A stretch of DNA of 62,201 nt, the filler included, from Choristocarpus tenellus KU-1152 (taxonomy: Eukaryota > Protista > Phaeophyceae): the NCBI GenBank assembly GCA_964200185.2. It is 12 parts of 12 records of this genome, joined end to end, with 100 filler letters (N's around TTAATTAATTAA, not from the genome) between each part and the next. Parts side by side here need not be neighbours in the genome. Positions count along the whole stretch, not along the records: positions 1 to 2,606 come from CAXNAD020026337.1; positions 2,707 to 9,355 come from CAXNAD020007663.1; positions 9,456 to 13,807 come from CAXNAD020014968.1; 9 more parts are not named here. One strand, written 5' to 3'. A model generated the notes under the pieces. The model ran no database searches, was not told the DNA's origin, and saw only the letters and a list, made by a program, of their open reading frames with translations. The stretch's first letter is position 1. Every line of letters begins with the position of its first letter. The position numbers and the translations under genes are program-made. Positions 1-12,136 of the stretch are shown one piece after another.

Positions 1-271
1 CCCCCAAAGCAAACAACCGCCATACCCCAAAAAAAACAAAGAAAAAAAACAGTCCCCCCGAGGGCAGGGGGGCCCCCCCCCCCCCCCCCCCCCCCCAGAT
101 GCTTTGAGCCTCATACACGGTTTTATCATCATCACTCTTGTATCCCATTACAATCAGCTTAAACTGTATCAGACCATATCAACTCGGTGTAGTACAAAAA
201 GAGTCTTCCCGTTTCACTTCCACCTTTACTCCAATATGCATAAATCCTCCACAACATTGCATCTCTCACCT

Positions 272-2052
272 CTACAACCTCTGAACGTCCCCTCCTCCGA
301 CTCGCTCCTCCTCCTCCTCCATCACGCCCTCCTGGGTCAGAAACCCCACTTCCCCTGCCAACACTGTTACTGCCATTCTGTCCGGCCTGACCAAAGAGTC
401 CACCACCTCCTCTTCCTCCTCGTCCACCATGGCCTCCATTGACACCTTGGCTACCAGTCCCACCATGGAAGGGTCCACCACCACTGCCTCTTCCATCATT
501 TCCTCCTCCTCTTCCTCCTCCCCCTCCTCCTCCTGTGTTGGTGAGAAAAAAACAAAACAAAAATTACTTTTGATCTTGAAGTGAAGGTCACGTCACTCTG
601 TGTGCAAAGTGAATTGGAGGGACTTCACTATACAAAATACAAAAACAGAAATATATGTAAGAACACAAATAAATGTATGAAGTATAAAAGACGAGGACAG
701 GAGGGGTGGGGGGAGGGGGAACAGTGGTCAAAAAGGAGAAACTTTACAGGCACTGCAGAATATTGACAATGACAATATGTCTATTTACAGGGATGATACT
801 CTCAGCACAATCATTCGAATTTGGAATAGTGTCTTGAGAGGTGGTTGTAGAAGGGGAACTCTATCCATATTATATTATATAGAGCTATACCATACCACAC
901 TACACCATAGTATACTATTACTGCAGTAGCGTGCTAGGGTTAGGGTCAGGGACAAAAATGATGCACACTCCAAGAGGCTGATACAATACGTAAAAAATAT
1001 ATATGTTTTTATATTTATTTTGTTGTACTGTACTGTACTGTACAGTATGTTTTAGAAAAAAAAGTGTTCTGACAGTAGATGCGTAGTTCAGTCTTTCTAC
1101 CATTTCAGGATAAGTGTGTGTCACAGCATCATTCCTCTCTTGCCAACTGACACTTTCCCAAGAGAGGTGATGGTGTAGAGCAGTTAGCATTCCGATTGGT
1201 TCATTGGCAGGCTTGTGAAAATACACTTTTCTACTGTTGAAAACACCGCCTTTGAACAGTCCAATCACTTACAATGACACACACACACACAATCCTCCAC
1301 GAATAAAATAATCTCCCTCACAACACCACACATGCATCCATGCAACACCCTCATATCCTTTGATGAAATGCTACAGTGAAGCGATAGCAGAGCCCCTAAT
1401 TCGGTGGGGTCCCAAAGTGTGATTGATCTAACTTTTTCTATTCAAGCCACGTTAAGGGTTAGGGTTAGGGATAGGCGATGCAATCAACATGCCAATGCCA
1501 ATGTCATTGTCAACGCTCATGCCTGGCTTGAAATTTAAAGACCCAGAATGTTCAAATTTTGACGAACACGACTGTCTGGGTCTTTAAACAAAATCGATTA
1601 TTTGTTGCGAACACGGGCTCTCTTAACACATTCTAAATGTCACATCTTCTGTTAACACATTCTAAATGTCACAGCTTCTGTTAACACATTCTAAATGTCA
1701 CAGCTTCTGTTAACACATTCTAAATGTCACAGCTCCTGTTAACACACACATTGGCGCTGATACCTATGCAGTTGATTGCATTTCTAACAAAAAAAAAAAT
1801 TGTGGAAAAAAATTACCTCTAAAATGTTGTAGCTTATCATAACAAGAGTCTATTTTTTCTCAACAAAACAAGAAATTCCCTTACCCCTTTACATTACATT
1901 TCCTTTACCTACCTCTCCCTCCCCCTCCCCCGCTGCCGCCGCCACCACCACCTCCAGGTCCTCTCCCCCCAGACCCCCCAAGATCCTTGAGCAGCTCGTC
2001 ACACAGAGGGCAGGCAATGTATGGGGAGGGGGTACCAGGTGGGACCTTATTC
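272..2052 (-). CDS. 3' exons of an unknown acidic, low-complexity protein (partial)
   Basis: Exon 2052-1913 (..IRSHLVPPPHTLPAPLCDELLKDLGG..GEGE, donor gtaggt) joins in phase 0 to exon 532-272 (acceptor caacacag, EEEGEEEEEEMMEEAVV..DVQRL*). No family recognised. Confidence 0.55.
1623..1746. repeat. 29-bp minisatellite, about 4.3 copies
   Basis: Unit ttaacacattctaaatgtcacagcttctg starts at 1623, 1652, 1681 and 1710, with a partial copy at 1739. Confidence 0.95.
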
Positions 2053-2606
2053 CTTAAGAGTTGAACACCACCAGCACAGGAATTGCAGTAGTAGGAGGAA
2101 GGGGAGGGGAGGGGTATGCGTTATGAGTGTGGCAGTTGGATTGAGGGTGCGAGGGTACTATTAGGGTACCCTATACCCTATAACCTATACCAGGGATTGT
2201 TGATGGCCTGTCCAGATACTTGTATCAATATTGACATTGTTCTAGACTAGTATTCCCATAGTATACTATATTTTGTAATACACATAACAATTGCTCACCA
2301 GAAAACAAGTATGTACCAGTCAGATCAGAGAATGGTACTTGAGAGTACAGTCCCACTCTTGCTTTGGTACACAATAGTTGTATGTCCTGATGTCTTGTCA
2401 AAGGTTTATCCACCGGGGAGTAGTTGCAGTTACATACGTCTGTTCAACCACCTCCCCCCCCCCCCCCTCCTGACCACAGCAAAATAAAAGTACAAAGAAT
2501 ATATAGCAATCAATCATACACCATATATATATATATATACATATACATATGGGCAAAGAGCATAGCACAATGTAAGGGCAGAGGGAAGGTAACAAGGCTT
2601 ACACAC

Positions 2607-2706
2607 NNNNNNNNNNNNNNNNNNNNNNNNNNNNNNNNNNNNNNNNNNNNTTAATTAATTAANNNNNNNNNNNNNNNNNNNNNNNNNNNNNNNNNNNNNN
2701 NNNNNN
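2607..2706. other. Artificial 100-bp contig linker (first of 11)
   Basis: N44-TTAATTAATTAA-N44 puts stops in all six frames. Also at 9356-9455, 13808-13907, 18447-18546, 27915-28014, 33241-33340, 40427-40526, 47853-47952, 50644-50743, 56095-56194 and 59014-59113. Confidence 0.98.
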
Positions 2707-2789
2707 CATGTGTGTAATATTAGCCTCCATTTTTTTTCCCTCTGGTGCCCCCCCCCCCCCACCACCACCATTTGAGAGGCCTAATTTCC

Positions 2790-3380
2790 TGAATGAAACC
2801 GTAAGTCGCAAATCCACTCTGTTCGCAACTCACTTAAGGAATGTAACCAACACAGCCGGAACAAAGTCTGATCTGCTTGCAGGAAAGTCCTACAGATACA
2901 AAAATAAATACAACAGAAGTTTGAAACAAGAAATCTACTAAAGACATCCAGCGCCGAAACTGGTCCTAGAATGGTACCAAGAAGGCACTCTAAGAACATG
3001 GCACAAGTCCTACAAGTCAGTCAAGTCCCATCTTGCCGACCGAACCATTGTCTCCAACTTGAACTGCATGACACAGCTAGAGATTGCCACTTGTCGTGAT
3101 CTGACTGATACCATCTGTCACAGGCGTGCCTTCACTGCTCCCAACAAAAACTTCAACCCACCCCTACCACTCACTACACGGATCACCAGCTCATCCAGGA
3201 ATTGCCCTGCATTCGTGCCTAGATGCCCAAAGCTTTCCTGTACTGTGATACCACAAGTACAGACTCTGTTGTGGTCTAGTTTGTTGTATTCCTTCTTCTG
3301 TTACTATGTTTTTCTTACTGTTTCTCCATGGCATCACCTACATGATTTGAAACAGGCATTATAATAATAATAATAATAAT
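2790..3380 (+). mobile_element. Probable 3' end of a non-LTR retrotransposon with (TAA)n tail
   Basis: Decayed coding-like sequence is followed by a pyrimidine-rich UTR and a (TAA)n tail at about 3359-3380, the usual end of RTE-type LINEs. No diagnostic motif seen. Confidence 0.45.
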
Positions 3381-3449
3381 GTATATTGATCACAACACTA
3401 CCAAAGTAATTAAGTAATTAAGTACATCATGCCATTCCAAACCAAATCA

Positions 3450-4080
3450 GCGTGTGCAATGACGTCAATATTAGATTGTAGTTCAAACTGCAGAATACAC
3501 CCGTAAAAGGTACAAACTTCAAAGAGGTGGACTTCATCATAATATCTATACTGGACGCTTCACAAGGTGTGACTTCTAGCATTGGGAATATTGAGGGTAG
3601 TATTAGGGATAGTTTGCTTGACAGCTTATACCATCATACCAGTCTGATAGGAACTGGTTTTCTTCATAGAACAACAATCCCTCATATAAGTCGATCTTCC
3701 AACAGGATTCCACTAAGGCCCTCTGGTTTCCAGTCCAAAACTGGTCCATGCTATTAATGTGGGATGACCAAGGTGTGCTCTCTTCTGAGAACTGCAACAG
3801 GAGCTGCAACTCTGGGCTATATCCTGAACGCATGTTATACCATTCGCAGTCACTTGTAACTGTAAGTTTTGAACAGAAAGGAATTGGATCTTCATATCTG
3901 GAGTAAAACCATCGGATAGGACATGCCTACTTCCCTTTAAAAAAATTATGGTGAGCAAACTCAAAGGTCCAAAATCTTGCCTTTGAAATCAAGTACTACC
4001 TAACATATTGATAGCACACACTGTGCACACTCCACAGACGCAAGCTTTAAATTCGCATCCAGTAACCCCGTTTCAAAAAC
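3450..4080 (-). mobile_element. Degenerate Ty3/Gypsy pol fragment (RNase H end to integrase)
   Basis: Frameshifted motifs in Gypsy order: LTIIFLKGSRHVLSDGF (like I.Y.PG..N..ADALS), ESTPWSSHI..ISCQAN (integrase zinc-finger region), PMLEVTPCEASSIDIM (like PLP.P..PW..ISMDFI). Confidence 0.55.
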
Positions 4081-4978
4081 CTCACCCTAACCCTAAGCAC
4101 CCCTTAGACCCATTCCTCTGAAAGGTTGTGCTCTTGGTATATAACCCTAACCCTAAGAAGATACGACCCGCCTTGATACAATCTCATCAACGGCAGCAGC
4201 ATACAGCCATTCCACTCTAAATCTCTTTGAAACCCCGAATGGTCTCTCTCGACTTCACGAGCCCTAAGCAACCCCCCCCCCTTGGCAACCACCTTCCTCT
4301 TGTGCACACAAAAAGCTGGACAGCCTGTGTCACAACCTTGGACCTGAGTGAAATGTCCTCAACACGCACGTGACCCGTAACAAATGGACCACTCTACACA
4401 ACCTTTGGGAGAGTTTTAGTTACACTACACTGCACTCCAGTAAAAAAAAAATGAACATTGAGAAAACTCCATGTGAACAGTAACACAAACGAGGTTAACC
4501 CTAACGTTACAACAAAGCTGCAAGCTAAGCTGTGACACAGGACGTGTCTGGACCAGTGCCAAAACCATCATACACAAACTCCAAAATGGAGAGGCCCCAG
4601 CCAAAAAGCAAGAGATCAACTTCTCCAGTCCACAAGCCGCGAGCAAATTCCTGTGACCGTTTATATAGAGCCAGTTCTACTTGGACTCTTTCCGAAAAGT
4701 ACAGTACGGTGTGTTCCTACAAGTTATTATTATTAACAGAAAGATTCATTTCAAGGCCTACTGAAATGTGTAAAATATGCTTCAAACTAAGAACAAATGA
4801 CAAAATCACGATGATTTTTTTTTTCTGGTGTTCTTCAAACTAAGAAGAAAAAAAAAATCACACGTGTCATCGACAGAAAAAAATAGTAAGGTGAAACCAC
4901 AGAAACCAACAGACTCCACCCCCAGGTGCTCTTCACAAATCTTAACACTCCACGACTACATGCAACAGTTACTCCCAC

Positions 4979-7900
4979 CTCAGTGCTGGTTCGTACAAGA
5001 GCGGATCCGAATCCACCTGATAAAGCCCTTCATCGCCTCCGGTAAGTCCAGGCAGAGCGGTGAGAATAAGCAACCGAGAAAGTGTAACTGCCAGGTACCA
5101 ACCATACAAGGCAGCCAACATCAGCACACAAACCACACCAGTTTGATGGAGATGAGGAGAAACGTCATTCATGCGCTGACTTCATTATTTGAGCATTCGA
5201 TTGGTTCATTCTCCGCACCCTAAAATATACCGTGGCAGAGACAGATTGACAACAGACACTTGAAATTACTTCTTACAGGTACTAACCTTAACTCTATGTG
5301 TGTCAACTGTTATTTCACCTGACAGATGGTGATGGTGTTGCAGAAACATACTATTCCAACAGTCTAGAACTCTACAAGTTGGCAATCCAGAGTGCCACAA
5401 AAGTAACTGAATGCCACAGAGAGAGAGAGCAGGAGGAAAAGGTTACTGTACCCACGTACAATCTCAACCTCCAAACTGTATTGAAATATGACCTCATAGT
5501 CTCTTTCCAGTAAAAAGGACGCACACAAACACAAAAATAAGCATGCCAGGGAGCAGTAGTTCCGTGAAAGGTTTTACTGCTGTGGTGAATCACGATTGAA
5601 AGCAAAAAAAAAAAGAGCACAACCTAGTATTATAAAAAGAAAAAATATACATATTTTCAAAAACACACAAAAAAGAAACAAGAAAATGCAAGCTTCTGTG
5701 TGGGATTGACAGATCCACTAAGGACTAACTACAGTAGACAAACATCCATGGGTCATGGTGGACAAAAGGGGTCTACAGGGACTGAGAGAGTCACCATTCG
5801 TTGCTCAAAATAGGAGCAATAACTACCAGCATTTAACACCTGAACCTTATTTCCTGGGGGGTTCAGAATAAAGAAAAAATAAATCTCAAGGGATTAGTAT
5901 GGAACAATCTGTACTGTTAAGATCCCATCGAGATTATGCCTTGCATTTCATTAAAAATTGGTGCAAATAAACGATAGCTTTAATGGCACAGGTGTACATT
6001 TCCAACGCTTTCCTAAATACAATAATATACTGCCACATGCAAGATAAAGGGCAAAACTCTTTGAAATTCCTAGAAAAAAAACACACAATAATTGAAAAAT
6101 AAAAAAGGCAGGCCTTTTCACTACGGACAAAACAAAAAAGAAACAATAAAAATATGTACAAAGTACACTGAGAACACAAACATACACTCTCACCCCGTAT
6201 ACCCCCACGAACCCCACCACAATACAATACAATACATGGAGTACAGACTTACAAACGCAGCCTTTTCGAAAACAAACAAGAAACATAAATCACCTGCATT
6301 ACTACATCTGCATTACTACATCCACAAACACCACCGCCGAAGATGAACAGATACATGACCACAGTTGCTTCCAATGATGTCGCAGCACACAATCCATGCA
6401 ACAGCAGGCACAAACAAATAGACCTCACAGCTCACTCACAACCAACACAGCATCGGTACCGTTAGTGTAGGCTTGCCTGGGTCTGGCGGAAACGAGTCTA
6501 GGAGTACCAGTCCAGACGCCCCGTGAGACTGGAGGTAGTGCTGGCAGACAAGTCCCTACACAGTTTGCAATCACATCAGTGACAAAAAGAGCGAAGACAG
6601 AAAGCCAGCACGTCATGGGTACATAGGCGGCAGGGCAGCAGGAAAGGGCAAAAAGCAACAAGGTGCATGCATCTATAGAAAATGCTACAAACAAGCAATC
6701 AGTCGAGGGGCGTCTGAGGCACCTCACCAAGCAAAGAAAGAAAGACAGGATGCAAGATACATAGTGTGCTTCCTGCACCAGTGTTTAAAAACGGACCCTT
6801 ATTTAAAGCAGGTCCCCAACTAATCTACACATACTGCCAACGATCTGTTGCATAGTCATAATAACACACTGCTGACTAAACCCTAACCCTATATAAACCA
6901 CAGCTGATCCGGTGTACATGATATAGCACAACAGCTTACAATACACTCTACTAATTTTGACCACAATACCACAGCACAAGCAACTCCAAACAAAAATTCA
7001 CCACACAAAACTCCTCATGAGTGTCAAGTCCTCTACCCACCCCCACCCCACTACGCCAACCCAAAGTTTTTCCCACTACACCCACCAATCACAAAACATC
7101 AAACAAAAAACTTACTGCCATCGAGTGCGCCACAAGCACAGGGGGAGTCAGTCCACAGGATGCCACTGCGGCAGCAATGCCTGTCTGTAACTGTCGCAGG
7201 GTTGCCTCCTCCACCCCTAAGACCCCACCGCAGTCTGACACACCAGGAGAGGGACTCAGCGTCATAGCACCCACACTGCACCCCTTTCTGGAAAGAAAGT
7301 GCACCAGGGGGTCCCACCTGTTCCCCCCCCCCCCCCCCGACCCCCAAAGAGTTACTGTATGCAGTTAGCTTCCAATGAACTATAGAAACTATACACTCAC
7401 TGTATTTGCATATGATGGACAACAAGACTGATGTCAGGTTTGGATCTTTCGCCACCTCGCGGCCAGTGCATATTTCTTCCCCTCACAAATGAGTGTGATA
7501 ATGCCAATACTTGAAATGACATACATCGGCATTTCATCCTCCCTCACAACCCAACCAATTTTTGTTCCCCAACACCCCAATAATGACCGCATCAAGAAAC
7601 AGCGTAACATAAGCATCCACCCTTCAAGACACCAGAGGCATCAAGGACCCTGTCCAAAGGAAGAAAATACACCTACAAGTACCTGAGTTTAACGAAGGCT
7701 GTCCAAAAAACTTCCAATAAAGCACAGCGTAGAATCTCACCACTCAGCAGGGTGGCACTCTCCTGCAACGAGCAAGAGGGGGATGGGCCTCTCCAAAAAT
7801 CCGTCATCTAGATCACTTGGTGGCTCCACGAACGTCACCGTCGAGAAGTGATTTCGTGGAAGATTCGGTGATAAAAATCTTATCGAGGATGGACAGGAAA

Positions 7901-8087
7901 TGCCCAGTTGATGCGATGGCGGACACGAGAGGAGAGAGGACGCCAGCGACCTCCACTGGCGTCCTACATTCCTTGGTGGTACATGTACCAATTGTGCTTG
8001 CTTTGACAGTACTGGTGCTGCAAGGACTCGAATACAGAGTGAGGCCGAGCCCAATCCATGGGTTTGACGGACGAAGGTAAGTGCCAT
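4979..8087 (-). CDS. Alpha/beta-fold hydrolase with N-terminal extension (3' end unresolved)
   Basis: Phase-compatible exons 8087-7741, 7317-7116, 6555-6477 and 5087-4979 give PLLLVAGECHPAEWWDPLVHFLSRKG..PPVLVAHSMAGLVCQHYLQSHGASGLVLLDSFPP, the nucleophile elbow and the following strand. The Arg/Ser-rich N-terminus resembles a transit peptide. Confidence 0.85.
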
Positions 8088-9167
8088 CTTGACAAGCTTA
8101 CGCCCGATCTGTTTTCCTTCAACGGTCAGTAGCGACTAGGTACAATCTCACTCCGTTTAGTAAGGGTCCGCATGAGGCCTTGTGGAAAGCTGATCGAGCG
8201 ATATATCCAAAATTCGCTTGCATTAGGATAAGGCGTTGCAGGACACGATAAGATCAGATGAGGTGGCAGCAACAACGCAGTGAAAACAGATACAAACGGA
8301 GGTAAGTAACACAGAAAAAAGGAAAATATATATATCTGAAGTAGGCACTGGAAGGCAATGCCCCCCCACATACACGTTGGCACTCAGTACTGTTAAAGTT
8401 AGCGCTTGGCGATATGACTTCCTTGCCACTCAAGCCTTCACCCCATCCCTAATCAAGGACACGCCTTTCTCCCTTCACCCTACGGATGCTTGGGAGTGCA
8501 GAGGCCTACCATAATGGGAGGGGCTGCGGCTGGGATAGGTCGAAAGCAGAAGCGCAAGTTAAATCCGCCATTGAGTCGAGCACACCGCACACGCCACAGA
8601 GTGGATGTAAGTCCCACAGTGAAACCTATAACATCTTAGTCTCATCACCGCATGCTCATCCCTTCTTTTTTTCTGGGGGGAGAAGGGCAGCAGCATTGCC
8701 AAGAACCCCCCAAAGATGTAGACTGAGTCCTCCCACCGAATCCGGTCCAAGGACATCGGGTTCGAAGCAGGATACCTCCTAACTTAGGGTTAACAGCGCC
8801 CCTGAAGGGGAACGCGATCGTGGCTGTAACGAAACTAATCATCATAAGTCACCTACAGGTTGCTTGTGCGGCTGTCATCATTGTGCCAGTGTATGTTATC
8901 CATTCGCGAATGAACAGTGAATGTCAAAAACCTACGCACCTCCGCTCACCCACCTGCTATGCATCCATGCATTTATCCATGCAATGTGAGTATGTATGCC
9001 CCTTCATCCATCCTATCCCATGTTTTTCTTGTGAATTTGTTCTCTTCTTTTGAATCTGTAAAAAAAGCACTACTATAATATAATACAGTCCTACCCCGAT
9101 TTTGTTCACCCATGGGCGTCCCGAAAAAAGCGGCACATAATTGATGTGGTACAATATCGTTTTGTAG

Positions 9168-9278
9168 TAATTAATCGTGGTGAGCTGGGAAATCAATCGT
9201 CGAAGTGACTAATTAATCGTGGCGAGCTGGGAAATCTATCGTGGAATCGAGTGATTAATCGTGGTGAGCTGGGAAATC
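9168..9278. repeat. 42-bp-period tandem repeat with 24-bp conserved core, 3 copies
   Basis: Core ttaatcgtgg(t/c)gagctgggaaatc at 9171, 9213 and 9255. Confidence 0.9.
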
Positions 9279-9476
9279 ATTCATAAGCTTCATGGATAGG
9301 ATGGAAACGATTACGAGCGCTTTTTTTTATGTTCATGTGTTAATGCGCATCTCCCNNNNNNNNNNNNNNNNNNNNNNNNNNNNNNNNNNNNNNNNNNNNT
9401 TAATTAATTAANNNNNNNNNNNNNNNNNNNNNNNNNNNNNNNNNNNNNNNNNNNNAAATTAAAAAAAGAGAGGAGG

Positions 9477-9515
<39 letters not shown>

Positions 9516-9530
9516 AGGGGCAATGCTTAC

Positions 9531-12094
9531 TTTCGGAAGCTGTGTGATGCCCTGAGTTCTCTCCCTTCCTCAAAAATGAGATTGTAAAGTGTGAAAAATC
9601 CACACATCACTCTGCACGCTGCAGACCCCCCCATATTAGTTCCTTCTCCCTGGTCTGAGTCATCATCAGCCAACAGGACAAACCCTATAATGAAAAAGCT
9701 ACTGAGCAACAAAGACCTCAACAACTCACACTTGTAGTACCTTCAATAATAATAATAAGAAGAAGATAGTGACATGGGGGAGGGGTGCAGGAGTACATTT
9801 AAGGAGGGGGGGTGGGATGGGCGATGAAGATAAGAAAAGATAAGATTGTAAGAGTGAAACAGTACGGACAAAGAAGAAAAAAAATAAAACGTAAGAAGGA
9901 ATTTGGAACTCACTTGCCTTGAGTTTACAATAATCAAAGGTGCAGGAGGGACATACTTCTGATTTCTGCTTTCTAACTTCTCCCCACCCAGAGGATATTG
10001 GAATGGTAAGGAATTACAAGCAAAGCCGATGCTCTTCAGCAGTCATCATGTCCTGTGGTGACCATTTGGACATTAGAATAAAATAGAACTCCAAGAAATA
10101 TCAATACTAACAAGGAGGGAGGTGGAAAAGAGCTCACCCCTAACCCTAACAACCAGGAACGCGTGATGTACTTCATCATGGTGTGAAAATAATAATACGG
10201 GGTTAGAGGTGATGATTCTTTTTTATTATTATGAGAGGAAAAAAAAAAACGATAAAAGGAAGGTGCAACAATCAACCGCCACTAGAACACAACCAGTGCT
10301 ACTGCCTATTGTTACTGTACTAGCCTTACTGAAAAATATGAGAGGTTACCTCTGAAGGGGACTGGGACTGGCTCATTCAATCAATCAATAATAACAACAA
10401 TAACAATAATAACAATAATAATAAAAATAATAACAACAAACATATCACAGATTACTTTTTTTCAATGCACACTAAACGCCTCTGTTTTGAAACCTAACTA
10501 GAGAACTGGAGCCTTAAGGACCTCGACCAGAACCCAAAAATGACTACAGAGCTAGTAGGCTAATGCTACAGAGCCGTAATTACGACACAACAGACCAAAG
10601 CGTGCACCTCTGATATTACTGTGTGACAGATCCACCTCCCAAATCTCCCAAATCTCCCAAAAACTGTAGAAAATTGGCGAAGGATACAGCTTCTCAATTT
10701 CCTCCGGACTCACACTAACACAATAATTCCACTCACACTCTGCTTCCAGTGGCAACCTTACCCTTTCCTCACCCTAATCATAAAAAACAACTACTAATAT
10801 CATTCTTCAACCTGGATTGCATTAGGTAATTCTTTATATTTCTAAACCGCTCTTTCTATAGGCTACAGAAAATTAAATATATATATATATATATATATTT
10901 CTACTCCCCCCCACCCCCTCCCCATTCTGAAACAAAAAGGAAAGTACAGTATTACTATTCCAATAATAAAAAAAAATATTATAGTATAAAATACAACAAT
11001 TCAAAAATACACTCTCCACATCTTATCCAATAAGACCTACCCATGCCCCTAACCCTAACCCAGTCCTTTTGAAGTAGAAGAGAGTAATCCAAACATCATT
11101 AACAAAACCACACCCCACCACTCTCCACACCCCTATCCCGAGTACACCACTATCACTAGAAACTACTCCTGCAGCCCTAACAAGATATCACACTACACAC
11201 CTTTCAAACAACCCCCCCCTATCATGTACAGTACACCTCTTATCATCAATAACCGCCTTACCAATGTTTACAATTCTATTAATAACCCCCCTCATGACAC
11301 ATGCCATACACATGCCATACACATGCCATACACACCTATGCCCAAAGACGGACCACTTAAGAGCAATCACCATTTGGACCACCTTGAGCTCGAACAGCTG
11401 GGGCAGGGAAGTATTCAGAAGGATGCCGATTGGGGAGTGATCAACAGGCACCTACCGTTGACAGTGACAGTTACATACTGATGTCAAAATATTAAAAAAA
11501 AAAAACTCTGACAACTTGTAAACGCATTCAAGATCAAGAGGTTTCCATGAAACACACACACACAATATATATATATACACTACAGGAGTTATATATCAGT
11601 TACAAATCACAACATGGAACAGGAGGGTTGCTGTGTGTGGAAATGTGAATATTAATCTGGCACAACTATTGCGTACATTAGCCAATGAAATATGTACTAG
11701 AGTGTGTATTAGACAGGGTAAGAAAGATTACTTACAGTGCAAAAAGGGTCCAAACCTGACTTACCTCTCAATTTCTTTGATTCAAAACGCCTCTAATTAT
11801 ATAATAATTTCTATTTAATTTATATTATTAATCAACAGAAGGGAAAAATCCGTTATCACTGGACTGTTACTTAATACTTCTATTTTTATTTTTTTTAAAG
11901 GGTGGGGAAATGCTTCTAACAAAGACCATTAACACACAAATCAAAACACCTCTACATGCTCCATCCGACTTCCTCGCCTTCCAGTGAACAACGCACTCAC
12001 CTACCTAACTACCTACCTACCATTTCATACAATATTATATTACGAGGGTAGCTGAGAGAGGTTGGAACTGAGACGAAATTACCATTACCCTAAT

Positions 12095-12136
<42 letters not shown>

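Noticed and set aside
159-560. Glycine-rich protein ORF
   Set aside because: Alternate frame of a GAG-rich exon; the splice phase favours the Glu-rich frame.
2651-2662. Recurring TTAATTAATTAA motif as a biological repeat
   Set aside because: It is always centred in exactly 100-bp N blocks, so it is a concatenation linker.
8486-8782. Divergent gene sharing a promoter with the hydrolase
   Set aside because: ATG and a gtaagt donor exist, but there is no convincing downstream exon or homology.
9168-9278. CRISPR array
   Set aside because: Only three units, linkers short and related, eukaryotic context, no cas genes.
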